From: Octopus sinensis
Lineage: Eukaryota
Reading direction: 5' to 3'
DNA length: 64,000 nucleotides
Assembly: GCF_006345805.1 (NCBI RefSeq)
Contig: NC_043001.1
Location: forward strand, 65,348,001 to 65,412,000
The stretch's first letter is position 1, and each line of letters opens with the position of its first letter. The notes beneath the pieces are model-generated. The model worked only from the letters and a program-made list of their open reading frames with translations, was not told where the DNA came from and did not search any database. The position numbers were made by a program, and so were the translations under genes. Of the stretch, positions 37,922 through 50,394 are shown piece after piece.

Positions 37922-39780
37922 TAATAATAATAATAATAATAAGAAGAAGAAGAAGAAGAAGAAGAAGAAATACCAGGCACTGGCTCTCATGACTTCTGAT
38001 CTTAACTGATTGGAAGTGTTATCATGTACATATTCTGCTCAACACCACAGATTTGCTTGTCAGACCTTTGACCTTAACCAGTTGAGATTTGAATTATACA
38101 CTTCTGAAAATATGGGTGTTTTGTTCAGCATCCTTAAACGTTCACAAGCACTACTGGAATTTCTTGAATCTTGTCAAGCAGACATTAGAGAAAGCCTTAA
38201 AATAAGTGGAAAGAAATCCTGGGACAACCTCACAAATTCCCAACGTTACGCACTTCAACGTCTAGCTAATAACAATTCTATTGTTATTAAGATGGCGGAT
38301 AAGGGAGGCGCTATAGTAATTATGGACAAAAGTGAGTATATTTCGGCTTGTGAAGAAGTTTTACATGACAAAACTTCATATAAAGAATTACCTGTCGATC
38401 CAAACCCCAATTACAGAGAGGAACTTGACAAAATAATTCTGGAAATGGAGGAAAACAATTTCGTTAATAAGGCTGAATCTAAGATTTTAAGGTCAGAAAG
38501 AACACCTGTATTTTATGGTCTCCCTAAAATACACAAAAAGTTCGAAAGATTTCCTTCAATGCGCCCAATTTGCAGCGGATATGAATGTTGCACGGCCAAA
38601 ATTTCGGAATGGCTAGATAGCTTTCTACTCCCCGCAGCAAAACGATCAAGTTCCTATATTCGGGATACGTTTGATTTTGTATCTAAAATCAATAACTTTT
38701 TCAAGCACCGAGGCCATATTGAGAACTGTTTTTTGGTAACCATGGATGTTTCTTCCTTATATCCCAATATTGACCACGATGAGGGGGTAGAAGCATGCAT
38801 GGATGCCTTCCAAAAGCGGTCAAACAAAGTATTCCATCAAATTTTCTCTGTAGATTATTGAGGTTTGTGTTAGAAACAATGAAGTTTAGACAAAGATTTT
38901 ACCACTAGACAAAGGGTTGCGCCATGGGTATCCCCATGGCAGTTAATTTCGTTAATGTCTTCATGATGAAATTCGAGACAATTACTAAAGACATTCAAAT
39001 CTCTTCATGGTCATGAACCAATACTCTGGTTACGGTTCACTGACGATGTATTTTTTGTCTGGGAAGGATCACAGGATAGTTTAATGGACTTCTTGCATTT
39101 CTGTGACTTTTATGCTAGAAACTATGGCTTTAAGTTCAACATAAAATTTACGTCTAGGTATTCAAAAACTAGCGTTGAATTTTTGGACACTAAAGTCAAG
39201 TTTTCTGGAGGCAGAATTATTTTGCAAGCCCACGTCATCCCACATTTATCTCCACCGCCGCTCCGATCATCCACATCATCTTATTCGGTCAAATCCGAAA
39301 TTCAAATTTTTGAGGATAAAACGCGTTTGTACTGACATCCTTATGTCAGTACAAACGCGTTTTATCCTCAAAATACTGGAATACTGGAAACATACAAATG
39401 CTTTCGTATGTCATTATGCCAAACGCGGTTACAGTGAATCACGATTAAAGGAAATAGCAAATGAAATAGCTAAGATTGACAAAGATGGTCAAACCTACAG
39501 ACATAATTTTAGCAAACACAATACAATAGATGACAGAATTCCTTTAGTGATTAACTGGCACCGGCATTTCGCTGGCATTTCAAAAGTGTTGCATGAAAGT
39601 TACCAGCATGTGGTGAAAAAATATCCTCGCTTCAAACAGATATTTCCTCAGCCGCCTATTGTAGCCTTTAGACGGAATAAGAATATAAGAGAATTATTGA
39701 CCTCTATATCTGATTCCAAGAAAACGAACATTGAAGTATCTACACGCTGTACCTTAAAGAACAGCTGCAAGAGAGGTAAG

Positions 39781-40183
39781 GGATCTTTTCGGTTTGAACG
39801 GCAGTTTTTAAAAATATTTTCCACGTAACTAAACACTTTTAAACTTCGTATACTTGTAGAATGTGTTTATAAAACATCTTTATTGAGAAAATTCTATAGT
39901 TTGTAAGATATTTGTTGTTTTTTTCTTCAATTTCTGCTATTTCAACCAATCAATGACGTCTATTGAGGTGAAAACATTATGTGCTGTATGTCCCTCATTT
40001 AAGAAACAGATTGGGTTTATTTACATTTCTGAAGAAAAAAAGATACCCATTCCCGCACCCCTAACCCTAACCCATACCCTAAAAGAGATTGAAATGCAAT
40101 AGATCGATACTAGGGTCATAATTATGGGTGACAATTTCATATGACACCGCTAGAAAAAACTGCCGTTCAAACCGAAAAGATCC
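39781..40183. mobile_element. 403-bp MITE with 29-bp TIRs and 8-bp TSD (Merlin-like by GG-ended TIRs)
   Basis: TIR ggatcttttcggtttgaacggcagttttt and its reverse complement. TSD gaggtaag at 39773-39780 and 40184-40191. Removal restores KRGKPCSLC. Confidence 0.88.
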
Positions 40184-40806
40184 GAGGTAAGCCCTGTTCA
40201 TTGTGTTCACATGAGTGAAGTGAATTCCATCAGAAATCATAACAGAAATGTTATGATTTATACAGAAGGTGGAACATGTAAAGATTCCCATTTGGTGTAC
40301 GCTACAGAATGCACAAAACACAACTTAATTTATGTTAATTGCACAACGGAACAATTAAACAAAAGGTTTAATGGCCACAGATTCGACGTCAGGCACAATA
40401 ACAGTAGTTCGATAGAACTTGCTGAACATTTCGTTTCAAGCGGCTGCAATTTTGAAGAAGACTTGAAAGTGCATATTCTCAGAAAATATTCTGAATCTAC
40501 TTCGCTTTCACTTCTCAGAATGTATGAGGGGAAATATGTTTGCGGGTTATTAACATCATGCCCTGGAGGGATGAATAAGATGACAGCAAAATATCATCAA
40601 ATTTATACAAAGCTGTTTGATTAAATATTCTTCTTTCTCTCTTTTTCTTTCCTTTTTTCTGTCGTCTTCTTTTTTCTGTGTTTTTCTTTCTTTTCGCCTG
40701 TTAAAGACTTTAAAACTGATGATGTCATTCCATCAACGTGTGGACGCTACTTGCTCTCATTCATACTTTACCTTTAAATTTCTGAATTTTTATCGCTTCT
40801 TATTTT

Positions 40807-40845
40807 GAACTTGACAAAGACAGACATACTGTTGAAATATCGTTC
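40807..40845 (+). ncRNA. minimal hammerhead ribozyme in PLE pLTR, U3-A8 core variant
   Basis: gaac TTGACAA ag acag-acata-ctgt t GAA ATAT C gttc, immediately followed by aataaa. Confidence 0.75.
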
Positions 40846-40926
40846 AATAAAATAACTTACAATCGAATCGCGCTCTTCGTCTTGACTGTTTACCTTTGTG
40901 AAGAGTTACGTCAATCCTTTTTAAAA

Positions 40927-41181
<255 letters not shown>

Positions 41182-41878
41182 TAATAATAATAATAAATTC
41201 TTTTATTAATAATTAATTCTTTTATTTATAATCCTTTTTTATTGGCTACAAGGGCTGAACACAAAAATATATAGGGACAATACAAAACAAGGGATAAGTT
41301 GGGTCTAAAACGGAAAATGTGTAAACCGTAGAAAACAAAAACAGTTAACAAAAATTCCCCAATAGTGGGGTGAGTGGAGTTCTACCCAGGGCCAACCAGG
41401 GCACCCCACACATCCTGGTCATCCCGACTGCCAAGGGCAAGCCAGGTAGGCAGCCCTCTTCCCCTCAACTGCTCCAGCTTACAGACAAATATTCAGAATA
41501 GGCCCATTCATACGAGCCATTTTCGAAACATTCACCCACAAAATTACTGGGGGCTGTACTTCCCTCTCTACTCTCATTTTCTTTCTCAAGTGGAACTTGA
41601 AAAAGGCGATGAGGAAAGTGTATGTCGTCAGTCCTTTCAGCCTCGTCCACCACACTACCTCTTTCGCTATAGCCATCAGGCAGAGGAAATCTGCCTTTCC
41701 CCCCCAGCCAAAAGAAGACGGCGGGGCGATCCTCACAATGGACTTGGCTGATAACCAGACCTGTCCTACACATGACAACAGCTGTTCGACAAAGCTCCAA
41801 AGTTCTATATTTAAGAGATAAGGAATTATGTACATTATTTACATTTGGCGGATATTTGTCCTCATCTTGTTTGTTGTT

Positions 41879-41924
41879 AACACAACGTTTCGGCTGATAT
41901 ACCCTCCAGCCTTCATCAGGTGTC
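41879..41924 (-). ncRNA. minimal type-I hammerhead ribozyme
   Basis: gacac CTGATGA a ggctg-gagggtatat-cagcc GAA ACGT T gtgtt. Confidence 0.82.
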
Positions 41925-41976
41925 TTGGGGAAATTTCGAACCTGGGTTCTCATTCCTAAGGTATTTTTCGATGTTG

Positions 41977-42065
<89 letters not shown>

Positions 42066-42177
42066 CAGGTTACTGTCTGGAATCGAACTCGGAATCTTGG
42101 AGTTAGTAGCCCGCGCTCTTAACCACTACATCGAAAAATACCTTAGGAATGAGAACCCAGGTTCGAAATTTTCCCCA

Positions 42178-42222
42178 AACACCTGATGAAGGCTGGAGGG
42201 TATATCAGCCGAAACGTTGTTA
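42178..42222 (+). ncRNA. hammerhead ribozyme, inverted copy with shortened stem I
   Basis: Same core and stems II/III as 41879-41924. A 2-nt deletion leaves a 2-bp stem I. Confidence 0.65.
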
Positions 42223-45200
42223 ACAAACAAGATGAGGACAAATATCCATCAAATGTAAATAAAGCTCCAGAGTTCAGCAATGCACGGACACTGGGCAAGT
42301 GCATGTAGGACGGTTTTATCGCCCTGAGAACACCTCTGACAGGTTAGTCTGATAGCACTTCCGTGTCTGTAGAGCTTGTCTGGAACCGGCAAAGCTCCTC
42401 GGTAGTATTGCCAGTTAGCTCATCCCTGTCGACGCCCAGAGTTTTCTCGAGTGCATCGTCACACTTTCCCTCCACTAATCCTCTATAGAACTCCATGATG
42501 GCACTTCCACCGACCGCGTTGCCCAGCTGACGGACACTCCAGGTACCAAGCGCACTTTCTTGGTCTACGCTTGAGCCAGGACTAGCTCCATCAATGAGAC
42601 GAGCTGCGGAAAGTCCTGTTTGACGAACGGTGACCACTCCTGCTCACCGTTAAGAAAACACTGGAGATGTCTCAGCCTCAGCGCATGTTTGCGCATCATT
42701 ATCCACGGCATACTCAGTCCTCCACTTAGCGGCTGTTGACAGCAGATATACCATCTGATGAGCGGAATACGTCCCTTCCATAGAAAGTGGACGAGCAAGC
42801 ACTCCATCTTTATCATGTACGAAGTGGAGCAAGTGACGACGGTCAGGCAGTAGTAGATGACAGAAGTGATGTACGCATTCGCCACCTCCTCCCGACCCTT
42901 CAGAGTCCTCTCTACCTATTTCTGGTTGAGATTGGCCACCCTCGTCACCTCCCACAGTTCTTGTCCATCTGACAGTTTCGACCAAACCAGACCCCGAGCA
43001 GTTTAACCGGTCCTTTCGTGCAGTGCCTTACAATGCTGTCGGTTGGCATGGACCTGCCTCTCCAGGTGCCGAGCTGCAGGCCCACCGACTTCTCCTGGTT
43101 TATCTTTACTCCCGTCACAGCTTCGTACTCCCTTTGAGCAGAGTGCACTGCCTCGATTTACGAGATATCCGAGTTGTCCAGGTAAGCCAACACGAAACTT
43201 TCGCATCCTAGATCACGCGGGATGCCCCTCGAAATATTCAGCTTCCGCAGCAATGGCTCGAGAGCCAATACGCCCCAAAGAGGTGAGAGTGGATGTCCTT
43301 GACGGACCGAAAGAGCGATGCTAAACGATTCCGATTGGTGGCAATTTACTTTGACCACCGAACAAATGTCACAGTACATTGCAGCGATCCAGCCTCTGAA
43401 AACAGGACCGAAACCCGCTGCTGCAGGAACAGCCTCCAAATATTGGTGGGTAACCCTATCAAGAGCTTTCGATTGATCCAAATTGATCAGGACCTCACCC
43501 ATACTAGGTTCCTTAACCACCCTCTCCGCGTGTGGTGGAGTTTGTGGATAGTTCTGTTTGGAATAGCGCATGTATGCGAGTCACCAACCAGCTTATTGAC
43601 GACAAGTGCCAACCTCTTGGCAAACACTTTGTCCAGAATCTTATAATCTGCATTCAGCAGAGTTATAGGCCTAAAATGATCAATTTTGTCCCCCTCGTTC
43701 GGCACCTTCCTCAACAGCACCACCACTCCACGGCTCACAGCCCTGGGAATTCCCCCGTTCTGATGCCAGTTATGGTAGACGTCTGCCGAGAGACCATCAA
43801 ACAAGTCTGGCATATGAAAATAAAGCTCGAAAGGCAGACCATCTCGCCCCAGAAACTTCTCTCTTGCGCAGGCCTTCATGCGTTCTGTATATCTTCAGCT
43901 GTTATCAGCATTTTGTAGAACTCCGCCTCCCTGGCTGAGAGGCGCGGCATGCCACTGAGATAGGAGGTGAAATCCACCACCGTCACAGAACCATCTCGCG
44001 CTCCTACAGTTCGGCGAAGTACTGCTGAAATTCTGCACACATCAGCTTGGACACGGTTATCATGCATCCATCACATCTCGCCAAGGACCGAATTGTTGTT
44101 TTGTTTCCATGTTGCGCCTCTGCCACCAGAGCCCACCGAACGGCTTTCGTCCCCTTCGGCCTCTGTGCATGCGCCCTAGCTCTGGCACTACAACATTCGT
44201 GCTTGGTATTGAAGAATTGATCAAGAGCCAATCTCAACGCTAGCACGTCGGTCGCTACGCCTTTCCTAAGCGCCTCTTCTAGCTTCCTAACCAGGTTTTC
44301 CTCTATCCTAGATTCCTCAAACGCTATTTCCTTACTAGAACCTACTGCCTCTACTCTAATACCCCTTTTCAGGGCTATCCACTAACGGCTGTTGACGATT
44401 GCCTCTGCCAACTCTCGATGGACTAGCTTGCTAACCCGGTCTCTGAGAGTTTGGCGCACCGGGAAAGATGCGTTCAGCTTCCAGTATCCGGGGCCTTGTC
44501 TCTGGATCCTATCTATATCAACCGTACAGATCACAAATTTATGGCCCGTGTAGCTGACGACTTTGAAACGTGGAGAACTTATACTAATTCTATCTACAGG
44601 CCTACAAAATACTCTATCTAGATACGATCGAGAAGATCCGATGCGGTTCGCTCATGTCCATATTGGCGCATTCGGGAAATCCAGTCGGTACCTGTCAGTC
44701 AACTGGAAGCGACTGAGCAAGTTTGTGAGGCTTTTAATCCCCCCTCTCCTATCCAGGCGTGCGTCCAAGATGGCGTTCTAGTCACCCACTAACATTAAAG
44801 AGCGTGATGACCCAAGGAAAACTTCCAAATGTTTGAAGAAATCTGGCTGCCTTGCTTCCGTGGGGTGTACACAGCGACTAGTCTAAAGGCACCACCTTCA
44901 CTGTCGCTTACATCCAGGACCACCAACCCACCCTCCGGTTCCCGGAAGATTGTCCGAACTTCGAGATTCAGGCCTTTCCTAAATAGCACTGCCATCCCGC
45001 CTCCCATTCCGAGCTAACTAAGAGATGCGCAGATCTCATAATCGTCGAAAAGGGATGCAAGATCGCGTGTCGGAAATCCTAATCTCACTGGCTGCTATCA
45101 CATCCAAGCCTAGCGATCTGAGGTCAATTACGCAGCCCACTCTGACAATCGCCATAACGACACGAAAGGGTTGAGGAAATGAAAAAAAAAGAGTGAGCTT

Positions 45201-46543
45201 ACTTACCCTCTTGGAGCTGTTGGCAGCCTCTGGGAAACGGGCTAAAAGCCTTTTCGTAGCACAAACGTTTGACCTTCCCACGTCATGCGGGAAATCCTTC
45301 TGAATTTCTTTGTATGGTTTGAGTAGCATTAAGTGATCTGGAACCCTAAGGGTGATGGTGTCGTAAATTACACCCCCTCTCTCAATCCCCTTGTTTCTTG
45401 CTATGAAAGTCAAAAAATTTTTGTTGGCTCTCCTCACGAGCACATAATTTGGTGTTTGCGTATTGGTGACTGAGCTTTCTTTTGGGGACTACATGTGGTT
45501 ATGAGTGCATTGGTGGATTTGGTTGAGGTAGTGGTGCGTCTACTGTTGTTGGAGATGAGGCTACCGTTTTATTAGAAGGTCTCTGTTGTTGCTGTTGCTG
45601 TTGTTGGGGGTGCGATGTAGGTTGCAGGCATAGCCGCATACCTCCCAACCTTTTGGGACAGAAAGCTCTCAGGTGGTTAGTGACTCCACAGATGTTGCAT
45701 CTGGGCTTCATCGAGTCCGATGGCAAACATTTCTCTCTTTGTGTTCGCTACATCATCAAACCGTTTATTTTTGCTATTGTTTTTGTAGTTGTTGTCGTCG
45801 TATTTGTTGTTATGATGCTGTTGATGTTGGTAGAGATGGTGTAGTTGTGGCCACTTCCACCGTTGCCACTCTCGCCAACACCGTCACCGCTATTACCCTC
45901 CACTCCGCCTTCAATTGTTGGATTATTTTTCTTTCCGCCAAAATCCGTAGCATTATTAACGAAAACGTTATCTCTGCTACTTCTGTCATTGCCACCGCTG
46001 CTGCTGTTGCTGTTTCTCGCATTGTTGTTGCTACCACCACCACTGCTGCTATTGTCACTGCTGCTGCTGTAACTGCTATTGCTGTTGTCACTGCTGCTGC
46101 CACTGCTGCTGCTACTGTCACTGCTTCTGTTGCTGTCACTGTCGCTGTCTCTGCTGCTGCTGTTGCTGTCACTGCTACCACTTCTGTTGTCGATGTTGCC
46201 ATTGCTGCTGCTGCACTTTTCTCCATCCTTTTCCTCCTCCCCCTCACCAGTATTATTGCCAGTAACGGAGGGAAGGGGAGGGAAATCATCAGCGGGACCT
46301 GCGGGAGAGGTTGTTTTTTTATCTTAGTTCTTTCAAGATGTACTCCGCCATCTTGTTGAAGTGTATTGAATTAAACACCCACCGAACTTAATTGGTGGAC
46401 CGAATGTAGCCCAGCGAAGGGCAAAGCAAACACAGAAAATTAGTGACAGGTTCCTGGTGTTTCTATTAACAACTTGGGACCAAACGAATAAACGGCACCA
46501 AAACTGGTGTAAACAAAAGTTTTAGACTAAACTTACTTGGAGC

Positions 46544-46833
46544 GAAAGGCAAGGTCGACCTCACCGGAATTTGAACTCAGAACGGATCGACGGGCGAAAT
46601 ACCTATTTCCTTACTATCCACAAGGCGCTAAACACAGAAAGGACAAACAAGGACAGACAAACGGATTAAGTCGATTATATCGATCCCAATGCGTAACTGA
46701 AACTTATTTAATCGACCTCGAAAGGATGAAAGGCAAAGTTGACCTCGGCGGAATTTGAACTCAGAACGTAACAGCAGCCGAAATACCGCTAAGCATTTCG
46801 TCCAGCATGCTAACGATTCTGCCAGCTCGCTGC
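46544..46833 (-). mobile_element. SINE family A dimer (tailed copy 46604-46833 followed by internal SINE part 46544-46603)
   Basis: Minus strand ...gtggatagtaaggaaata|ggtatttcgcccgtcgatccgttctgagttcaaattcc..ttgcctttc|Tx1 5' end. Confidence 0.82.
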
Positions 46834-46837
46834 TTTC

Positions 46838-46883
<46 letters not shown>

Positions 46884-46891
46884 TAATAATG

Positions 46892-46950
<59 letters not shown>

Positions 46951-46954
<4 letters not shown>

Positions 46955-47166
46955 CCTTTCTACTAAAGGCACATGGCCTGAAATTTGGAGTAAGGGGACT
47001 AGTCGATTACATCGACCCCAGTGTTTCACTGGTGCTTAATTTTTCGACCCCGAAAGGATGAAAGGCGAAGTTAATCTCGGCGGGATTTGCACTCAGAACG
47101 TAAAGATGGAGGAAATGCCGCTCAGCATTTCGCTCGACGTGTTAGCGATTCTACCAGCTCGCTGCC
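46951..47166 (-). mobile_element. SINE family A, short form
   Basis: Full head to aaaggattt tail, between (TAA)n tracts. Confidence 0.82.
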
Positions 47167-47169
47167 TTC

Positions 47170-47224
<55 letters not shown>

Positions 47225-47234
47225 TAATTGATAA

Positions 47235-47308
<74 letters not shown>

Positions 47309-47312
47309 TATT

Positions 47313-47353
<41 letters not shown>

Positions 47354-49499
47354 TAATAACAATATATGTATAAAATATATATCATTAAATAATCTCATGA
47401 TAATATTACGCATATAAAGTATTCTATAAAAATATTATAGAAATAATATTACATATATAAAACACAAAAAGCAGTTTGATGATATCATGTTTCTCGAGAG
47501 GGTCATTATGTCAATAATAAACACACGCACTGGCTCGCTTTCACTTTCTTTGATATTATTAATATAATATTATTAATATAATGTTTGATTAATCCTTCGG
47601 TCAATCAATCAATCATCTAGGTTTGTTCTGTGTTAGTATATTTAGTTATGATGATTCGTAACAATGTATTCAATGTGATTTCGATGTTTTATTGCAACAG
47701 AACACGGAAAGCTTATTGTTCTTTATAATACACTTCTCTGTCTCTCTGCATCCTCTCTCTTCCTCTCCTCCTATCTTCCCGTGCTCTCTCCCTCTCTTTA
47801 TATATATATATTCTAAATTGAAAAAAGAAATTCAGCCGTAGTTCATAAATCATTAAATGCACAAAAATAATCATAAACTTTTACAATGATACAAAAACAT
47901 TCTATAAACAACATGTGAAAACTGTGTCCAGTTATTTATAAAAATATCTTTCAGTTCTGTCATTCTTTGCAACGTAATCCCCCAAAAGTAAGAGATACGT
48001 TCAATGAGGTCTTATTTTATTTACTTAATCGTCTTACATTGACAATATCTATGGATTACCCGCAAACAGATTGAAGGACAATATTTGTTTATCTTGTTCT
48101 TAAGTTTGAGTTAGTTGCAAAGAAAATAAACTTTATCCGCATTTGCGAGTAATCAAAACGTGATGTGACTTCTATGACGAGATAACAAATGTACCAAATG
48201 AACTACATGAAACAAAATCATGCCTTCTTCTTTAAGCTTTTCAATGGACAACATTGAAGTAAAATCAAAAGAGTTGTTAACAGATGCAAATATAGAGATC
48301 TATCATGCTAGACATGAAAATATTTCTACGGTAACTATGTACCAGGAAGCTAAAAACTAAAAGATCTAATCCTGAAAAGAATGAAAAAAATCACGTGATT
48401 TCTAGTCAAATAGTTTTCAAGTGCAAAAATACAAAATTACTTCCACAAGAATAAGAATTATAGCAAGAAGGAGAGCAACCTATGCAGTTAATGACTTCAT
48501 TTCTAGGTATAAGATTTTCAAATTTTTAGGTGAAGGAAAGTAATATGTAGGATCTGAAAGTGATTCGAGCTGATGAGGCAACCTGTCGTGATTGCTTGAC
48601 TTGCTCGAAATAACAGCTAAATTTTCCTCAAGTCGCTCTTAATAATTATTCTTTCTACTATAAGAACAAAGCCTGAAATTTTGTAGGAGAGGTTAATAAG
48701 TTACGTCGACCTCAGTACTTTACTGGCACATTATCTTTATCGAATCGAAATGGATGAATATTGATTGTTAAAGATAAAAAATTATCCTGATATTTTATTA
48801 GCAACCTACATTACAATCGGGTCAATGTTGAGAAAAAATTTTTGAAAAAAAGTACCTGTCACCTGACTATGTTCCAACCTCTCTCAACTTCAAATATAGC
48901 AACTATGCTGACCAATCTTTACTCCTAAAAGTGATGCAACAGTACGAAGGGATGATACAGTACTTGCAATGTAATGATTTCAAACAGGTAGGAAGAAAAT
49001 AAGAAATCAGAAATTACTAATTTTACCCCGGTAACTAATTTTGTCCCACTCTCCTTCGATGCCCGACAATATACGATAATATAGAATACCATCCAAGAAA
49101 AAATTTGTCCTGGGATAAATATAGAAATCCTCTCACCGTTATTAAATACATTTGTAACCATCAACACAAGAAATATTAGTGGAACTTCCCCACTAAAACT
49201 TCTAACAAGCCGGATAATGTTGCTTGGTATAGACAAGAAATTGTGCGTACCATCATAGAGGTTAGCTGTCTTTTTGATGTGGATTTAATTCTCCATTTTA
49301 CTATAAAAGCACTTTTATTAAAAGTCCATACATTTTTCGGTGAAGACACACTGGGCAATCTTGGCGGTCGGCTGAGCCACCGAACCTCAAGGTGTCGCAA
49401 ATAACACACAAAATATTCTCCAATTAAAAACACGTAATAATGATTTCTGATTTGGGCACAAGTCCAGTAATTTTGGTGGGAGGGTCTTAGTCAATTAAA

Positions 49500-50353
49500 T
49501 AAAGATACACCAACTGGAAAGCAGATTTGGACATAGCACAAAAAATTCAAAGCGGAAGGCTGTCTGTGCAAGGTAAAAGGATCTGGATGATCATCAGCAT
49601 CGGAAGATATTGTCAGTCAGGTTCGGGAAACATTTGTGCGAAGCCCAAGAAAGTGTGTAAGAAGAGCATCTTTGGAAACCCAGATTCCTCGTGCAACACT
49701 TTGGTGTATAGTAAAAATGGTTTTTATGGACCGTTTCTCTTCGAGGGAAATACGACCGGCGATGTTTATGTACAAATGCTTCAGAAATGGTTATTTGATG
49801 AGCTGATTGCAAATGAGTATGAACACTTTCATTTTTCAACAAGATGGGACTCCACGTCACTGAAAGCTGACTGTGTGGGATAATCTCAATGAGAATCTAT
49901 CAGGGAGATGGATCGGGCGTGCCAGTAATAATGACAAAGTGTTGTTGAAATGGCCACCACGTTCACCTGACTTGACACCAAGTGATTTTTTTTTCTATGG
50001 GGCTATGTGAAAGTACTGGTTTATATCTTCTCTTCCTATAAGCCTAGAGGAACTCAAGTAGAGAATCACTGAGGCCCTGGAGAAAGTTACGCAAGACATG
50101 CTACAGCATGTTTGACAGGAGTTGGACTACTGACTTAACGTGCGTCGTGTCACAGGCGGTGCACATATTGAACATCTATGAAGGTTGGTGAAATCGGTTA
50201 TAAAATCTACATCCCTCTAAAGCTCAAGTTCGAATTTTGATAAATATATCTTTTATTGGTCAACATGAAGCCTACTTAATTTCTTTTACCTAGAACATGT
50301 AGTTATTTAAATATTTCCATTTCAAATGATGTCATATTATTGGGGTCACCTTG
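49500..50353 (+). mobile_element. Tc1/mariner (rosa/maT-like) transposon remnant
   Basis: KKFKAEGCLCK.KGSG, VRETFVRSPRK, FQQDG, WIGR, WPPRSPDLTP.DFF.WGYVK, GGAHIEHL. A TIR-like end ggggtcaccttg is at about 50353. Confidence 0.85.
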
Positions 50354-50394
50354 TGTGTGTGTAATTATATAGATAATTATATAATTATATATAA

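Larger units (their letters stand above)
38140..40920 (+). mobile_element. Penelope-like element (RT + GIY-YIG endonuclease + 3' pLTR), 5'-truncated
   Basis: NLT..QR.AL..L.NN..IVIK.ADKGGAIVIMDK, FYGLPKIHK, RPI.SG, SYIRDT.DF, LVTMDVSSLYPNI, WLRFTDD.FFVW, VEFLD. Cys-rich linker SCKRGKPCSLC. Endonuclease C..SHLVYATEC..HNLIYV..T...L.KRFNGHR..EHF..E.KY..GL.T..PGGMN. Confidence 0.92.
41806..42260 (-). mobile_element. tRNA-headed, hammerhead-bearing SINE-like insertion with inverted 5' duplication
   Basis: 15-bp TSD aaagctcca(a/g)agttc at 41791-41805 and 42261-42275. tRNA-like head 42066-42129. Inverted arms 41835-41974 and 42128-42262. Confidence 0.85.
41230..46543 (-). mobile_element. L1/Tx1-clade LINE 2, near full length, decayed
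   Basis: ORF1 from ATG 46351 with an Ala/Thr-rich tract and CNICGVTNHLRAFC. ORF2 from about 45150: RVGCV..LDVIAASEIR, GGGMAVLFRK, GYWKLN, GRDGLPFELY, FRPITLLNADYK, LDQSKALDRV, RQGHPLSP, INQEKS. 3' end ccttgtagccaataaaaaagg plus (ATT)n. Confidence 0.9.

Noticed and set aside
40060-40080. TAACCC repeats as an interstitial telomere
   Set aside because: Only two to three units, and they are internal to a MITE.
42066-42129. tRNA gene
   Set aside because: It has no acceptor stem, is 5'-truncated and is embedded in a TSD-flanked insertion, so it is a SINE head.
48565-48620. CTGATGA...GAAA spacing suggestive of a hammerhead
   Set aside because: Stems I and III do not pair, and the GAAA belongs to a different common repeat (cttgacttgctcgaaataacagc).
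48925-49433. Complex-looking ORFs on both strands
   Set aside because: Interrupted by stops and no motif recognised. The resemblance of WLSRPP..KNVW to a Tc1 motif is too weak.
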